DNA of 55,430 bases, from contig NC_057720.1 of NCBI RefSeq assembly GCF_004010195.1, positions 18,545,191-18,600,620 on the forward strand, in the 5' to 3' direction. Positions within the stretch are counted from its first letter, which is position 1. Each line of letters starts with the position of its first letter. Shown here one piece after another: positions 24,441 through 36,834 of this stretch. Both the position numbers and the translations under genes were made by a program. This DNA is from Chiloscyllium plagiosum. Lineage: Eukaryota. The notes under the pieces are model-generated. The model was not told the origin of the DNA and made no database searches. It was given only the letters and a program-made list of their open reading frames with translations.

Positions 24441-25238
24441 TAGAACATAGAACAATACAGCACTGAACAGGCCCTTCGGCCCACAATGTTGTACCGAACT
24501 TCTAACCTAGATTAAGTACCCATCCATGTACCTATCCAAATGCCGCTTAAAGGTCGCCAATGATTCCGACTCTACCACTCCCACGGGCAGCGCATTCCAT
24601 GCACCCACCACTCTCTGGGTAAAGAACCCACCCCTGACATCTCCCCTATACCTTCCACCCTTCACCTTAAATTTATGTCCCCTTGTAACACTCTGTTGTA
24701 CCCGGGGAAAAAGTTTCTGACTGTCTACTCTATCTATTCCTCTGATCATCTTATAAACCTCTATCAAGTCACCCCTCATCCTTCGCCGTTCCAACGAGAA
24801 AAGGCCGAGAACTCTCAACCTATCCTCGTACGACTTCCTCTCCATTCCAGGCAACATCCTGGTAAATCTTCTCTGCACCCTCTCCAAAGCTTCCACATCT
24901 TTCCTAAAGTGAGGCAACCAGAACTGCACACAGTACTCCAACTGTGGCCTAACCAAAGTCCTGTACAGCTGCAACATCACTTCACGACTCTTGAATTCAA
25001 TCCCTCTGCTAATGAACGATAATACTCCATAGGCCTTCTTACAAACTCTATCCACCTGAGTGGCAACCTTCAAAGATCTATGTACATAGACCCCAAGATC
25101 CCTCTGTTCCTCCACCTGACTAAGAACCCTACCATTAACCCTGTATTCCGCATTCTTATTTGTTCTTCCAAAATGGACAACCTCACACTTGGCAGGGTTG
25201 AACTCCATCTGCCACTCCTCAGCCCAGCTCTGCATCAT
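24441..25238 (-). mobile_element. Young 5'-truncated CR1 LINE with uninterrupted 243-aa ORF2 C-terminus
   Basis: WQMEFNPAKC...LEYCVQFW...FFTQRVVGAWNALP with no stops; tail ttgttctatgttcta. Confidence 0.95.
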
Positions 25239-25818
25239 ATCTTTAGTGGTAGGAGAAAAAAATGTTCAGTTATGTGTAAGAGCACTTCGAGATGTAAAAA
25301 GAAAACTAAAGACAAATAACACACGTCTGGAGCAGGGCTATTGTGGCTTAGTGGTATCATCCCTACCTTTTAGCTAGGAGGCCAAACTTACAAGGTCCAC
25401 CTTCTCCGGCGACGTGTCATAACATACCTGGACTGTTTTATTGAGAAATAAAACCTTGAGTAGATTGTGAAGAGTTTACCAAGTGGTATTATCCCTAGAC
25501 TGTATTTCCAGGGAATTAGGTAGTATTCTGGGGAGATGGATTTGAATCCTGTCAGTCATCCAGAGTGGAGAATGGTGGATTGATTTGTTCATGACCAGGG
25601 CTCTTGTGACACAGTAATAGCATCCCTACCTTTGGGCCAGACTGCCTGGATTCATAACACGTAAGTTGATTAAAAATATCATACAACCTAGAGCAGGGTG
25701 TGTCATACAGGAAAAAAGGACCAGGAATCCCCATCCATTCCTACCTACCCACTCATAGCTAATAATCAACTGTAGTATCTGCTTAACTGACCAAGCAGAG
25801 CTCATCTGTAATCAACTG

Positions 25819-26002
25819 GTGATGTGGAGATGCCGGTGTTGGACTGGAGTGGACAAGATTAGAAGTCACACAACACCAGGTTATAGTCCACTAGGTTTAT
25901 TTGAAATCACAAGCTTTCGCCAGGTGAGAGGGCAGCGCTTCAAAAGCTTGTGATTTCAAATAAACCTGTTGGACAATAACCTAGTGTCATGTGACTTCTA
26001 AC
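25819..26002. mobile_element. Fold-back short element, probable PLE terminus (family D), with 13-bp TSD
   Basis: About 60-bp inverted arms (25859-25918 / 25942-26001); flanks ctgtaatcaactg (25806-25818) and ctataatcagctg (26003-26015). Confidence 0.7.
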
Positions 26003-26909
26003 CTATAATCAGCTGTCTCTTTTATGCACTGCCAAAAAGTGAACTCTGCTTACCTACTCAGCCAGTGTTAAATGCTTTAAAGTTCATTTATGAGACCGCT
26101 GGTAAGGCCAGCAATGCAATCCCTAATTACCCATAGGAAGATGGTAGTGACCTAACTTCTTGAACCACTGCAGTCCAGACTCCTGTTGAATACCTTGCTG
26201 TGATTGCACTTGAGAAGTTAACATTTCATTGTGTAATATCTAGTCACATCTGCAGGATGTGATGAAGTACTACTTAAATGCAAATTCATTTTTTAAGTAA
26301 ATTAAGAAAATAATTTCCAAAAATGTGACTGCAATAATGTTAATCTTGCTTTGAAAACTATTTTGTTCTGTTTGTGACATGTGTGCTATTTATATAAATA
26401 GGGCTGGGTGTACACAGGTTGGAGGGTGCTGATTCAGTCATTACTTGTCCACATCACACTAGGGCCTAGGGGTTTTATGGAAAAGGGGTATTGTGGGCCA
26501 GAGGATCTGGGTTCATGCCCCACTTTCCCTGGAGGTGTGTCATAACATTTACAAACAGGTTGATTAAAAACATTTTTTTAAAGTCTCAGTTGGGCCTTAC
26601 AGAACAGTTCAAGAGACTGTTGTCTCTGGGATAGAATATCCAGTTCAAATCCCAGCAGCCCGGTGGCAGTCATGATGTGTTGGAATAAGTTGATTATTTT
26701 TTCACTGGTGCTGTTTAGGCTTGCTTGTTATGTACATATTGGAAAGCCAGCACAAGTCTGTTGATAAAATGACACTTACTGACATTGGTGGTTTGTAACA
26801 GATTAGGAGCAGGAATAGGCCATTTGGCCCTTTTGAGCCTGTCCATCATTCAGTATTTTCATGGATGAATGTCCAACTCAATACGTAGTTCCCACTTTCT
26901 GATCTTTAT

Positions 26910-27365
26910 GGAGTCATAGAGTCATACAGCACGGAAACAGATCCTTCAGTCCAACTGGTCCATGCCGATCTTAAACCGAACGTCTTACTTGACTGCATTT
27001 GGCCCATATCCCTTTAAAGGGTTCCTATTCATGCACTTATTCAAATATCTTTTAAATCTTTTTAAATGTTGTAAATGTACTCACCTCTACCACTTCGTCC
27101 AGGAACTCATTCCATAAATGCACCCACTCTGTGTGGGGGGAAAAGGTTGCTCCCCAGGTCCCATTTAAATCTTTCCTCTGTCACCTTAAACTGATGCCCA
27201 CAAGTTTTGGCCTCCCTTACCCTTGGAAAAAGACCTTGGCAATTCATCTTATTTGTGCCCCTCGTGATTTTATGAACCTCCATAGGGTCACACCTCAGCC
27301 TCCGATGCTCCAGGAACAAAAACCTATCCAGCCTCTCCTTATAAGTCAAACTCTCCACCCCTGGA
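26910..27365 (-). mobile_element. CR1 LINE 3' fragment
   Basis: LTYKERLDR..LEHRRLR; tail gagtcatagagtcat. Confidence 0.8.
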
Positions 27366-27860
27366 ATTGTATCGAAGTCCTTCCTTTTTGAAAATATTCA
27401 ATGTTTTGGCCTCAAACAGTACCTATTGCAGAGTTCAACAGGTTCACCATTCACAGTGAAGAAATTTCTCCTCATCTCAGTCCGAAATGGTCTGTCATGT
27501 ATCCTTAAGTTATGACTCCTAGTTCAGGACTCTACATCATCGGAAATATTCTTCCTGCATCAACCCTGTTTAATCCTGTTAGAATTTTGGTGGTGTCTGT
27601 GAGCTTTAAAGCTGGGAGCTAAACATTTGTAATGTCTCAATTTGTGATTAAATCTAAAGCTGAAAAGATATTGAGTTCTAGTCTCTTCATAAACTGACTG
27701 CAAGAAGTTTAGCAAAAGGTCTATTTTTAGAATTTTAATTTAAGATCATTTCTTTTTGTTGTGAGCATTTGTGATAAAGCCATTGAATTTGCCAGTTCTC
27801 ATTTGTAAAACTCCATAAACATTTACGTATAAAAACTGTTTTTTTTTCTTTCTCACTAAG

Positions 27861-27989
27861 AGTTGCAGAGGAAAAATTAGAAGAAAGTCAATGGGTGGTG
27901 GCTGAGAAGGAAAAACTCTTGGAAAAGTTATCTGATGAATGCAAAAGAGTAAAGAATGAACTCTACGAACAAAGTCGACGAAGAAAAAG
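27861..27989 (+). CDS. CCDC18: CCDC18-like coding exon 5 (VAEEKLEESQWVVAEKEK...YEQSRRRK)
   Basis: Long T tract plus ctaag acceptor, AG|gtactg donor, 129 nt, phase 2/2, heptad E/K/L pattern. Confidence 0.9.
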
Positions 27990-29032
27990 GTACTGATCAA
28001 CAGTGAAATGATCTTTTTGTCAGAATAACATTTTATTAAGTTAAAGACAATTCATGCCTAATGGCAGTTGCTGTTATATAGCAGCTCTTTAGAAGCTTGC
28101 CTTAGTGATGTTCTTTTTCAGGTTGTCCTTTGCAATTCAACAACTGGAGAGGCTGGTTCACACTGCCCAAATTTCCATTGGTATAATGCTGCATCAATTA
28201 AAATTTTACTTTTATGTGGAATAAAAGTAGAAAAAAGAATTCTGCAACTTTGGGGAAATCCAGTACCTGAGTATTGTACTGACACACATTTTGATTAAAT
28301 TTTGATTCTTGAATTTTGATAGTTGTGGAAAATAGGCATAATGTGGTTTATTGAAATCTGGAACAGTTTCAATTAGGAAAGGTTCCAGTCTGAAAATGAG
28401 GGATGATACATCAGGGTATCCATTTGAGATTAGTAATTGAGGGTGAAGTTGAAAGGAACAAGTGATTTGATGGGAAATGGAGTGTTGGTGCATATAAAGA
28501 AATTAGAAAGTCTTATTTTTCTCATTATCAACCTTTTTCCAGCTGTATCAAGCCACAAAATGTTGGGCTTGACTTTTATGGCGGATGAAACCAAAAGTTT
28601 GTTGTTTTATGTATAAAACATTTTCTTGATGAGAAAAGTAGTTTGATGTTTTGGGGTTTTAGTTACTTTAGTTCAGAATTCAGGAGGCTTGGAAAAGAAA
28701 CCTGACCTTCCATTTAATATTTAATTGGGGAACTCACTGGGCATAATTTGGAAATCTAGATTTTTATAACACCTGGAATGCCAGAATCAAGTCAAACAAT
28801 TTCCACCTCATGTTGGAGAGGGAACCACTATTATTAAAAACGGAGAACAAGTGTTACCAATGAGATCAAGTTGCTGAGATTGTGTGTGGAGGATCTTGGG
28901 TGGGTTTACATATTGCTTGAAACTTGCTTTAGCGTAGTGATAAATTTGAATGTGAATTTTTGACAAAAACAAATTTGACAAGCTGTGATACACTTCAAAT
29001 AATATTTGCCTATTGATCACAGTGGGTGAGAC

Positions 29033-29205
29033 TGCATCCATGGAGAGAGAGCAAGCTAAAGTTTTGAGTCTGGATGACTCTTCTAAAGTCTTCTAGAAGA
29101 GTTACCTAGACTCAAAACGTTAGCTTGCTCTCTCTGACCTACTATGATCTCCAGCATTTGTGGTTTTCAGGACAGATTCCACTATCTGCAGTTATGTGTT
29201 CCTAC
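29033..29205. mobile_element. Fold-back PLE-like terminus (family E)
   Basis: Inverted arms 29044-29085 / 29094-29135 containing the hammerhead 3' half gagt...actc-aaaacgtt-agc. Confidence 0.65.
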
Positions 29206-29512
29206 ATTTGGCCTACTGATATTGTTTTCAAATAAAGAATAGCAGCTTAGGAAACAGAACTGAGCTAGAACAAAATTCAAATGTAAGTACTTTTATGAGA
29301 AGAGAGAGTATAGAAAGAAATGTTTTGATGGGAGAAATACAATATGTTTCACAGAAAACTTGCTTGATTTGTGTGAACTCCACCTCCACTCATATTTTTA
29401 CTTTTGTCTGGAGATTTAAAACTAGAACATACATGTTATATTGGAAAAATACATTTCTGTACTTCAGGAATATATGACTAGTGACATAAGTTCAACTTTT
29501 TGTTCTAAATAG

Positions 29513-29609
29513 AGCTGAACAACAAAGAAATGAAGCGCTTTATAGTGCTGAGGAACTTTCTGCTGCTTTCAAACAATATAAGGAAAAGACCACGGAAGAG
29601 CTTTTAATG
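29513..29609 (+). CDS. CCDC18: CCDC18-like coding exon 6 ([25 protein letters not shown])
   Basis: aaatag acceptor, ATG|gtgagg donor, phase 2 in and 0 out. Close match to the recalled CCDC18 motif QRNEALYNAEELSKAFQQYK. Confidence 0.93.
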
Positions 29610-29693
29610 GTGAGGGAGGATGCACCTTAGTTATTCAATGTAAATATTGAATCTGCAGAAATATTTAATTTAATTTTCTTCTTTATATTATAG

Positions 29694-29815
29694 TTTCAAG
29701 CCAATGAACAGGAATTGCAGAGGCGTCTGGATCAGTATGACAAGGACAGAGTAGAGTTATTTGAGAAATGTACGATATTCGAAAAAGAGTTGGAGAGCAA
29801 GAATGAGGAAATGAG
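29694..29815 (+). CDS. CCDC18: CCDC18-like coding exon 7 (FQANEQELQRRLDQYDK...KNEEMR)
   Basis: ttatag acceptor after an 84-bp intron, AG|gttatc donor, phase 0 in and 2 out. Confidence 0.88.
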
Positions 29816-30407
29816 GTTATCTCTTAATCATTCTTATATGCACTGACTTCAACAGAGAAAATTAATTAAATGTTTTCTTTCTTCAATTTTCCTACTTTAC
29901 TGTTGTCATGCATATGTCACCACTTGAACACAATTCCAGTCACCATAACAGTGGCTCTCTTAATGTCTCTTTAAACTGGCTGTTCATCGTGGGCAGGTAG
30001 AGAATGAGATTTACACCCTCGAAGCTAATCCCAATCCTATCTCATTCAAATATTCATATGTTAACCCATACTGTAGTAGGATTCAATGAAGAAAGTTTTG
30101 AAGATTAAACTACTAATTGTAATGATTTTTGCATGGTTTTCTTTTTCTCTCCTCAGCCTGAAAATATTTATTTGACTGATTGTAACTTAGTATTTTTTTA
30201 TAATATCAACTTCTGACACGTTAAAAAATGCTTTTTGAGACTCTAAATAACCAAGGTATTACCTCTCAAACGCTAACAGATTTGTCAAACAGCAATTCCC
30301 CTTTTAAAACTGCAACTCCACCCATCATATTGTGATTTTATAAGTGCTGTATCAAATAATAGATTTTAGCATTATCACTGTTGTTTTTTTGACAAAGCAA
30401 TATTCTT

Positions 30408-30790
30408 GCTTTAATTTATTTATATAGCACCTTTAATTAATAAATTACCTCAAGATGCTTCTCAGAAGCATTACAAAACAAAATATGACACGGAACCACA
30501 TCAGGAAATGTTAGATCACAAAATATTTAGGTTTTAAGGATTGTCTTCATGAAAATGAAGTAAGGATGGAATTCTAGGGTTCAGACACCAGGAGTGAGTG
30601 ATTAAAATCAGGACGTTTAAAGATCTGAAATAAATGAGTGCGGATATTTCTGAAGGTTGTGGAATTTGGGGCTGGAGGACATTAGAGTAGAGGATAGGCC
30701 AAAGCCTTGAAAGGATGTGAAACAAGGATGAGAATCAAGTACATTTGACCAAGTACTAGTATATGTCATTGGTGCAGGGATATTGGGAAA
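30408..30790 (-). mobile_element. Ancient L2-like LINE 3' remnant
   Basis: tttatatagcaccttt end motif and degenerate body; recognised only by resemblance. Confidence 0.4.
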
Positions 30791-30924
30791 ATGGAGCTTG
30801 ATACCTTTAACTACTTTTGTGGCCCTGGATTATATTAGTTTTCCTAACTCAGATGTTATATACTTTAATCTAGTTTCCCAATCTACTCTATCCTACTCAC
30901 ATCTTCATAGCTATCTAGTTTGCT

Positions 30925-31358
30925 TAATTCTGGGATGAAAAGCCTCCGTTATGAGCAGAGACTGGTTAGATTGTATTTGTTTTTTCTTGATGCAGAGGAG
31001 GCTGAGTGCGATCTAATTAAGGTTTACAAAATTGAGAGGTATACATAGGTTAGACTGTGGGAATCTTTTCTCCATGGCAGACATATCTGAGACCAGAGAG
31101 CAGGTTTAAGGTGAGGGGTGAGTTGTTTCGATGAGATCTGAGAAAAACAAAATACCCAGAGGGTAGTAGAAATATGGGATGCACTGCCTGAGATGGTGGT
31201 GGATGCAGATACAAAACAAAAAGAAGCATCTGGATGAGCACTTAAATGCCAGGGTATAGTAGATAAGTAGGTATGAACCAAATGTTGGTAAAAGGAATTA
31301 GTGTCGATTGGTCTCTGTTGATCACATAGACATGGTGTGCTGAAGGATCCTGTATGCT
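30925..31358 (+). mobile_element. Old CR1 3' fragment; tail resumes at 31922
   Basis: RRLSxDLIKVYK / RVVEIWDALP motifs. Confidence 0.75.
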
Positions 31359-31921
31359 TTTATGAGCTGTGCCTTCCGGAAGGATTTGTTCTGTCCTGTT
31401 TCTTTTGAAATCAAATGTTGTCAACTTGAAGCTGAGCTGTCTGCTCTGAGCCCAGCTGTTTTCAAAATTTGAACAATAGAAGCAGTATGAAGGGGTGGGG
31501 TCAAGCTCCCACAGAACAAGGATTTTAATTTTAGCTGTTAGCAGTTGCATGGCACCTGTTATTCCTCTGTTACGGTGAAAAGCTTGGGTTCTCTTCCTGC
31601 TAATAGGATTGAGATTTTGCTTTTGTCAAGGGTGTGTTAATGGGATGTAACTATATTGAAACAGTTGTTATTTAGTCGTTAAATAATCTATTATTCTGTT
31701 AAGTTTTCCAATAGAGTTAAATTATTCTAATTCTTCTTCCTTTGTTTATATTTTATCTTTAGTGTGAATGTAAAATGTGTTTTGCTTCAAGCCTAGTAGT
31801 TTGATCAATCAAATTGCATCCAGAACGCAACACCTTGTGCTTGCTTTTAAAAATAAGAAAAATTTGGGGTCTAGGGTATCTTTTTAATATATTTTGAAGG
31901 GGTTTGGTCTGGTCTACAATA
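31359..31921 (+). mobile_element. Probable solo LTR with 5-bp TSD
   Basis: 563-bp non-coding insert in a CR1 tail, flanked by ATGCT (31354-31358, 31922-31926); termini degenerate. Confidence 0.6.
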
Positions 31922-32886
31922 ATGCTGTATAACTCACTGAAAGGCCTGGTTTCACAGACAATTAAAAAGCTTCCAAACTCAGTCCAAAGTTTTCTAGAAA
32001 CACATTTATTACAGATTTGTTGTCACGTTTTACACTGATAAACATAACCTCACAAATGCTCCAGTTGGTGGATCAGTATACTGATTATCCTGAATACCTT
32101 CAGTGAACTTGTCCTCCAACTACTGCATGTTTGGTTTTCCCTGTCTACATAGTTATCAAAATAAATCTATTTACTTCTAACGGCTGTTAATTCATGTATT
32201 TTTCCCCTAATGTTATTCTGTGTATCCAAGGTACATAACATTATTGTTAAATCATTAATTAATAGTAAAGTAACTGCACTAGCTAAGTACATACGATGGC
32301 TACAAGAGAAGCTTAGGGTTGGAGATTCTGTGATGAGTGACTCACTTCCTGAATTTCCAATTTCACCATCTGCAATGAACAGAATTGAGAATATGATTGG
32401 GTACACTCCACTTATTTTGGTGTGTGCAGCCCCACCAATACTCGAGGCTTGACAAAGCAACCAACTTGACCATCATCTCATCCAATATCTTTACAAAACA
32501 TCTGTTCACTTCCTTCAGTATTGGCACACAGAGCAGTAGCATAGACCATGCACAAGATCACAGTAGCAGTTCATTTAAGGGGCTTTGATAGTACTGTCCA
32601 ACATTTGCCATCTACCACATAGAAAGATAATGCATGCATTGAATACTACCTGTCCAAGTTACACTTCATCCTAACTTGGAACTGTGCCATAATTCCTTCA
32701 CTATCGCTGGACCAAATTCCTGGAACTCCCTTTCTGATGGCAATGCCAGTGAAGCTTGCTATTGTCTAATAAAACTTTAAAAATTAATTCAGTATGTATA
32801 TAGGACAAATAAGTGTGAAGTAGGTACTGAAATACATGTAATAGTTGGCACACAGGTAATATTCATAATTTTTCTTTTGTTTGTAG

Positions 32887-33193
32887 GATCATAATGGGAC
32901 AGTCTTGTGATGTGAAGTTGGTTCAGCATGATCTGGAGGCTAAAAATGCAGGCTTGTTTTCAGTTTTGTCTGACTCCAAAGAAAAGATTAAGATGTTAGA
33001 AAGTGAACTCACTGATAAAGAGGCTATTTTAAAAGAGAGTGATGCCTTGAGGGTTGAGAATGCAGGACTAAGAGGACTTACAACTTCCCAAAGTGAAAAA
33101 TTGCTTCAGGTAAATAAAGAACTCGAGGTTGCCAAATTGGAGGTGAAGAACTTGGAGTCAATTTTACAACTGGATCAGACACAAAGCGAAGAG
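32887..33193 (+). CDS. CCDC18: CCDC18-like coding exon 8 (IIMGQSCDVK...LESELTDKEAIL...TQSEE)
   Basis: ttgtag acceptor, GAG|gtaaac donor, phase 2 in and 0 out; overlaps ORF 32894-33202. Matches recalled LESELENKDEIL. Confidence 0.92.
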
Positions 33194-33579
33194 GTAAACT
33201 AAAGAGTAAATATTTCACTGTCAGCCTTACACCAACCTTGCACAGACTTCAATAATGCTAACATCTTGCACAATATGACGCATAGTCTGCGCTGTGAGCT
33301 GGTATTTTCCTATTCAGGTGTTTATGGAAGCATGATTGCTCCATGTGCCTTCATTTTCACCCTTTCTTGCTTTCCCATCCTTAGTGCAGTGTTTTCGTTT
33401 AGAAGGCCAAAGACTTTGAGCCTACCAGAAATGTTGACATTTCAATGTAGAGTCGACAGGGTGCTTTCTTGTTAAAGTGATACTGTCATTGAGGTGTGGT
33501 ACTAAATTCGGCTTTAAAATGTCCAGTGCCACTATTTTAAAAGAAGACGACCAGTGTTTTATCCAGTATATTGGCTAAT

Positions 33580-33773
33580 TAGATTAGATTACTTAGTGTG
33601 GAAACAAGCCCTTCGGCCCAGCAAGTCCACACCAACCCTCCGAAGAGTAACCCACCCAGACCCATTCCCTTACATTTATCCCTGACTAATGCACCTTACG
33701 CTATGGACAGTTTAGCATGGCCAATTCACCTAACCTGCACATCTTTGGACTGTGGGAGGAAACCAGAGCACCC
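33580..33773 (-). mobile_element. 5'-truncated HE1-type SINE
   Basis: (TAATC)n tail and 3' half of the consensus. Confidence 0.85.
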
Positions 33774-34790
33774 AATTAGTACACTCTCACAACCAAGCAG
33801 CATGTCTTGCTGCCAGGCAGTCCTCAGTCTATGGGCTATACATCTTGCTGTATGGTGTTGTGCTACATTAATCTTAGATCTGCTCCATGTGCCAGCAGCT
33901 TACGGGGCAAGCACATTGCATGTGCAACAAGCAGATAGCCATGTATCCAACTCTTTGGGAAGTCGTCCACAATGTGAGGGAGTCTTAAGTGAAGGGCAGC
34001 CTCATGTAATAGTCCAGGGGATAGGCCACAGTTGAGCGTTTGTTGGGGGTTCTCAGTCAAGAGTTACTTACCTCTGCAATCCAGGGAGTGGGATTAGGCC
34101 ATTCCATTGGCGCTGTATTGGCCAGATGACCGGTAGAGCTAGTACACTCAGGGAGCAAACAGTGAGCTGGGCATGTCTTCACCAGAGTTGTCTAGTCACG
34201 GTCAAGGGAATGTGTCACTGACCATTGAGTCCATCCTCAGAAAGTAAGGGCATAAGGTGTTGGGGGTCAGATAGCGGCTGCTCAGTGACAGAGACTTGGT
34301 GCTTTAGCTTTCAGGACTGTGGTGGCAAGCTCTGGGAAAGGATGCAGTATAATTTTGAAGGAGAATAGCAAGGCTTTGAAGAGGATTATAGTGTTAAATA
34401 TGGCTAGGAGAAGTTGAGGACTGTTGAATATGGCTGGGAAGGGTATAATGAGGAGTGGGGAAATTGTCTAAGGTCGGTAGTGTCCTGAATTCAAGTTGGG
34501 GGATGTTCTTAACAACACAGGTATGTTCATTTTCAATGGAAAGTCAGGTGTATGTGAATGTCAAGAGATTGGGTGATTACTTGAGGAATCGTGAATCCTC
34601 TTGGATTGATGGATGGACTGCGAGGAAGGGGATGTGGATATTTAGGGTCTCATTGACATGAGCAGGCTGAGGCTGGGAGCTGCGAGAGGAGGAGTGCTCA
34701 CTCATGGAAATTGGAAGTGATACAATGGGAAGAGAATAGCTGCAGCCACACTGAGAGGGTGAGGTAAGTGATTTAATCCCTAATTATTCT

Positions 34791-35867
34791 AAGTATGTAA
34801 GTTTGCTCGCTGAGCTGCAAAGTTTCTTTTCAGACATTTTGTCACCATACTAGGAAACATCATCAGTGAGAGTCTCCAGTGAAGTGCTGGTAGTATGTCC
34901 CGCCTCTCTCTTTATATGTCTTGGTTTCTTAAGGTGGGTGATGTCATTTCTGGTTGGTCTTTTTCCAAGGAAAAGTAGATAGGATCTAAATCGATGAGTT
35001 TATTGATGGAGTTCTGGTTAGAATGCCATACCTCTAAAAATTCTCGTGCATGTCTTTGTTTCGCCTGTCCTAGGATGTGTGTGTTGGCCCAGTAAAGTGG
35101 TGTCCTTCTTTGTCTGTATGTATGGAAACTAGTGATAGTGGGTCATGTCTTTTGGTGGCCAGTTGGCGTTTGTGTATCCTGGTGGCAAGTTTCCTGTTTG
35201 TTTGTCCGATTCTTGCAGTTCTTGCATGGTATCTTGTAAATGACGTTAGATTTGCTGGTAGAATAGAATGGATCAATTCGTTCCATTAGTCGCTGTTTAG
35301 GTGCGTTGGTAGGTTTGTGAGCTACCATGATGCCAAGGAGTTTGAGTAGTCTGGAAATCATTTCTGATATGGCTTTGATGTAAGGTAATGTCGCTATAGT
35401 TTTTGGTTGCATTGTGTCTGCTTGTTTGGGTTTGTTTCTGAAGAATCGGCAGATTGTGTTTATTAGATATCGGTTTTCTTGAAAACCTTGGAGAGATATT
35501 TTTCTTCCACTTTCTGTAGTTCTTGGGTGCTGCAGTGTGACGTAGCTCATTGAAATAATGTCTTGATGCAGCTCCATTTGTGGGTGTTGGGGTGATTTGC
35601 TTCTGAAGTTAAGTGTTTGGTCTGTGTTTGTTGTTTTTCTGTAGACGCTGGTTTGAAGCTCTCCATGAACAGTACATTCAACTGTCATGTCTTGGAATGG
35701 GAATCTGTTGTTCTCCTCCTCTTGTGCAAATTTTATGCCTGTCAGGATATTGTTGACGGTGTTATATGTTTCCTGTATCTTGTTTGGTTTTGTGATGACA
35801 AAGGTGTCTCTGCAAGCTAACTTATATACTTATCATCAACCTGAGCTACAAATCTTCTCAAACATCA
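34791..35867 (-). mobile_element. PLE family B (RT C-terminus plus GIY-YIG, decayed) with opposite-orientation terminal piece and perfect 13-bp TSD
   Basis: TSVYRKTTNT, LPYI, NVIYKIPCKNC...IGQT; CCCTAATTATTCT at 34778-34790 and 35868-35880; decayed hammerhead at about 34830-34869. Confidence 0.9.
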
Positions 35868-36614
35868 CCCTAATTATTCTCTGTGAATCTCATCTATCTG
35901 AAACTCATCACCTGAGACTTTTTATAGTGGTAGATTTTTTTAATATATATTCATTCACAGGATGTGGACATCATTGGCCAGGCCAGCATTTATTACCCAT
36001 TCCCAGTTAACCAGAGGGCATTTAAATATCAACCACATTGCTATGCATCTGGGGTCACATGTAGGCTAGACAAGGTAAGAATGGCAGTTTCCTTCCCTGA
36101 AGGACATTAGTGAACCAGGTGGGTTTTTTTTAACAATTGGCAATGGTTGCATGGTCACCGTCCAACTCTTAATTCCAGATATTTTTAATGAATGCAAATT
36201 CTATCTTCTGCCATATCAGGATATGAACCCAGGTCCCCAGAGCATTAATAGTCTAGAATTAATACTACTAGATCATCACTTACGTACCCTGCCCTTGGAC
36301 CGGAACACTCAGGTTCACGTGCAGTGTACTAACTGAACAGGTTGATGAGAAAAGTAGGTTAAATAAAACCCAGGCCCGTTCCCTCTCCCCCGATATCCCC
36401 CTCACTTTTGATCGTTTGTATTGGCCATTATAGCCTTTGCTTGTAAATACTTGATTGGCTACACAGGTGACTGCTGGTGGTAGTTAAAAAGTGAAAATTA
36501 AATTAATTAAAGATTCTGAGAAGAAAAGATTTTGATGGTCGTAAAGTCGCTCAGTTGTTTGTAATAGCACTCCAGAGTATAAAAAAACAGGAAATGCAGA
36601 CCCAGCTGGAGAAG

Positions 36615-36780
36615 TAATAGTCTAGTAGTATTATTGCTAGACCTTTGGCCCAGGGAGTGTTCTGGGGACCTGCATTTGAATTCCCCTTCCCCCCACCCCC
36701 GTGACAATTTGAATTCAGCAGAAATCTCGAATTAAAGGTCTAATAATGACCATGAAACCATTGTTGATTGTCAGGAAAAA
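36615..36780 (+). mobile_element. Second tRNA-headed SINE family remnant (related copies at about 24248-24320, 25480-25560, 40925-41075, 43350-43460)
   Basis: Shared tagtagtatta...aatccaga...gttctggggac...gtttgaattc pattern. Confidence 0.55.
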
Positions 36781-36834
36781 GCAGAAATCAGATCTGGAAA
36801 GGGCTTTGCATGTAAATTTCTAATTGGCTCCACA

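Noticed and set aside
24441..25238. Intact 243-aa ORF as a domesticated gene or active LINE
   Set aside because: 5'-truncated downstream of the RT catalytic motif; the intact frame is explained by young age.
32894..33202. Stand-alone 102-aa coiled-coil ORF
   Set aside because: It is an internal exon of the CCDC18-like gene with matching splice phases on both sides.
33780..34770. Purine-rich stretch that may be an old LINE remnant
   Set aside because: Too degenerate to assign a family or boundaries by eye.
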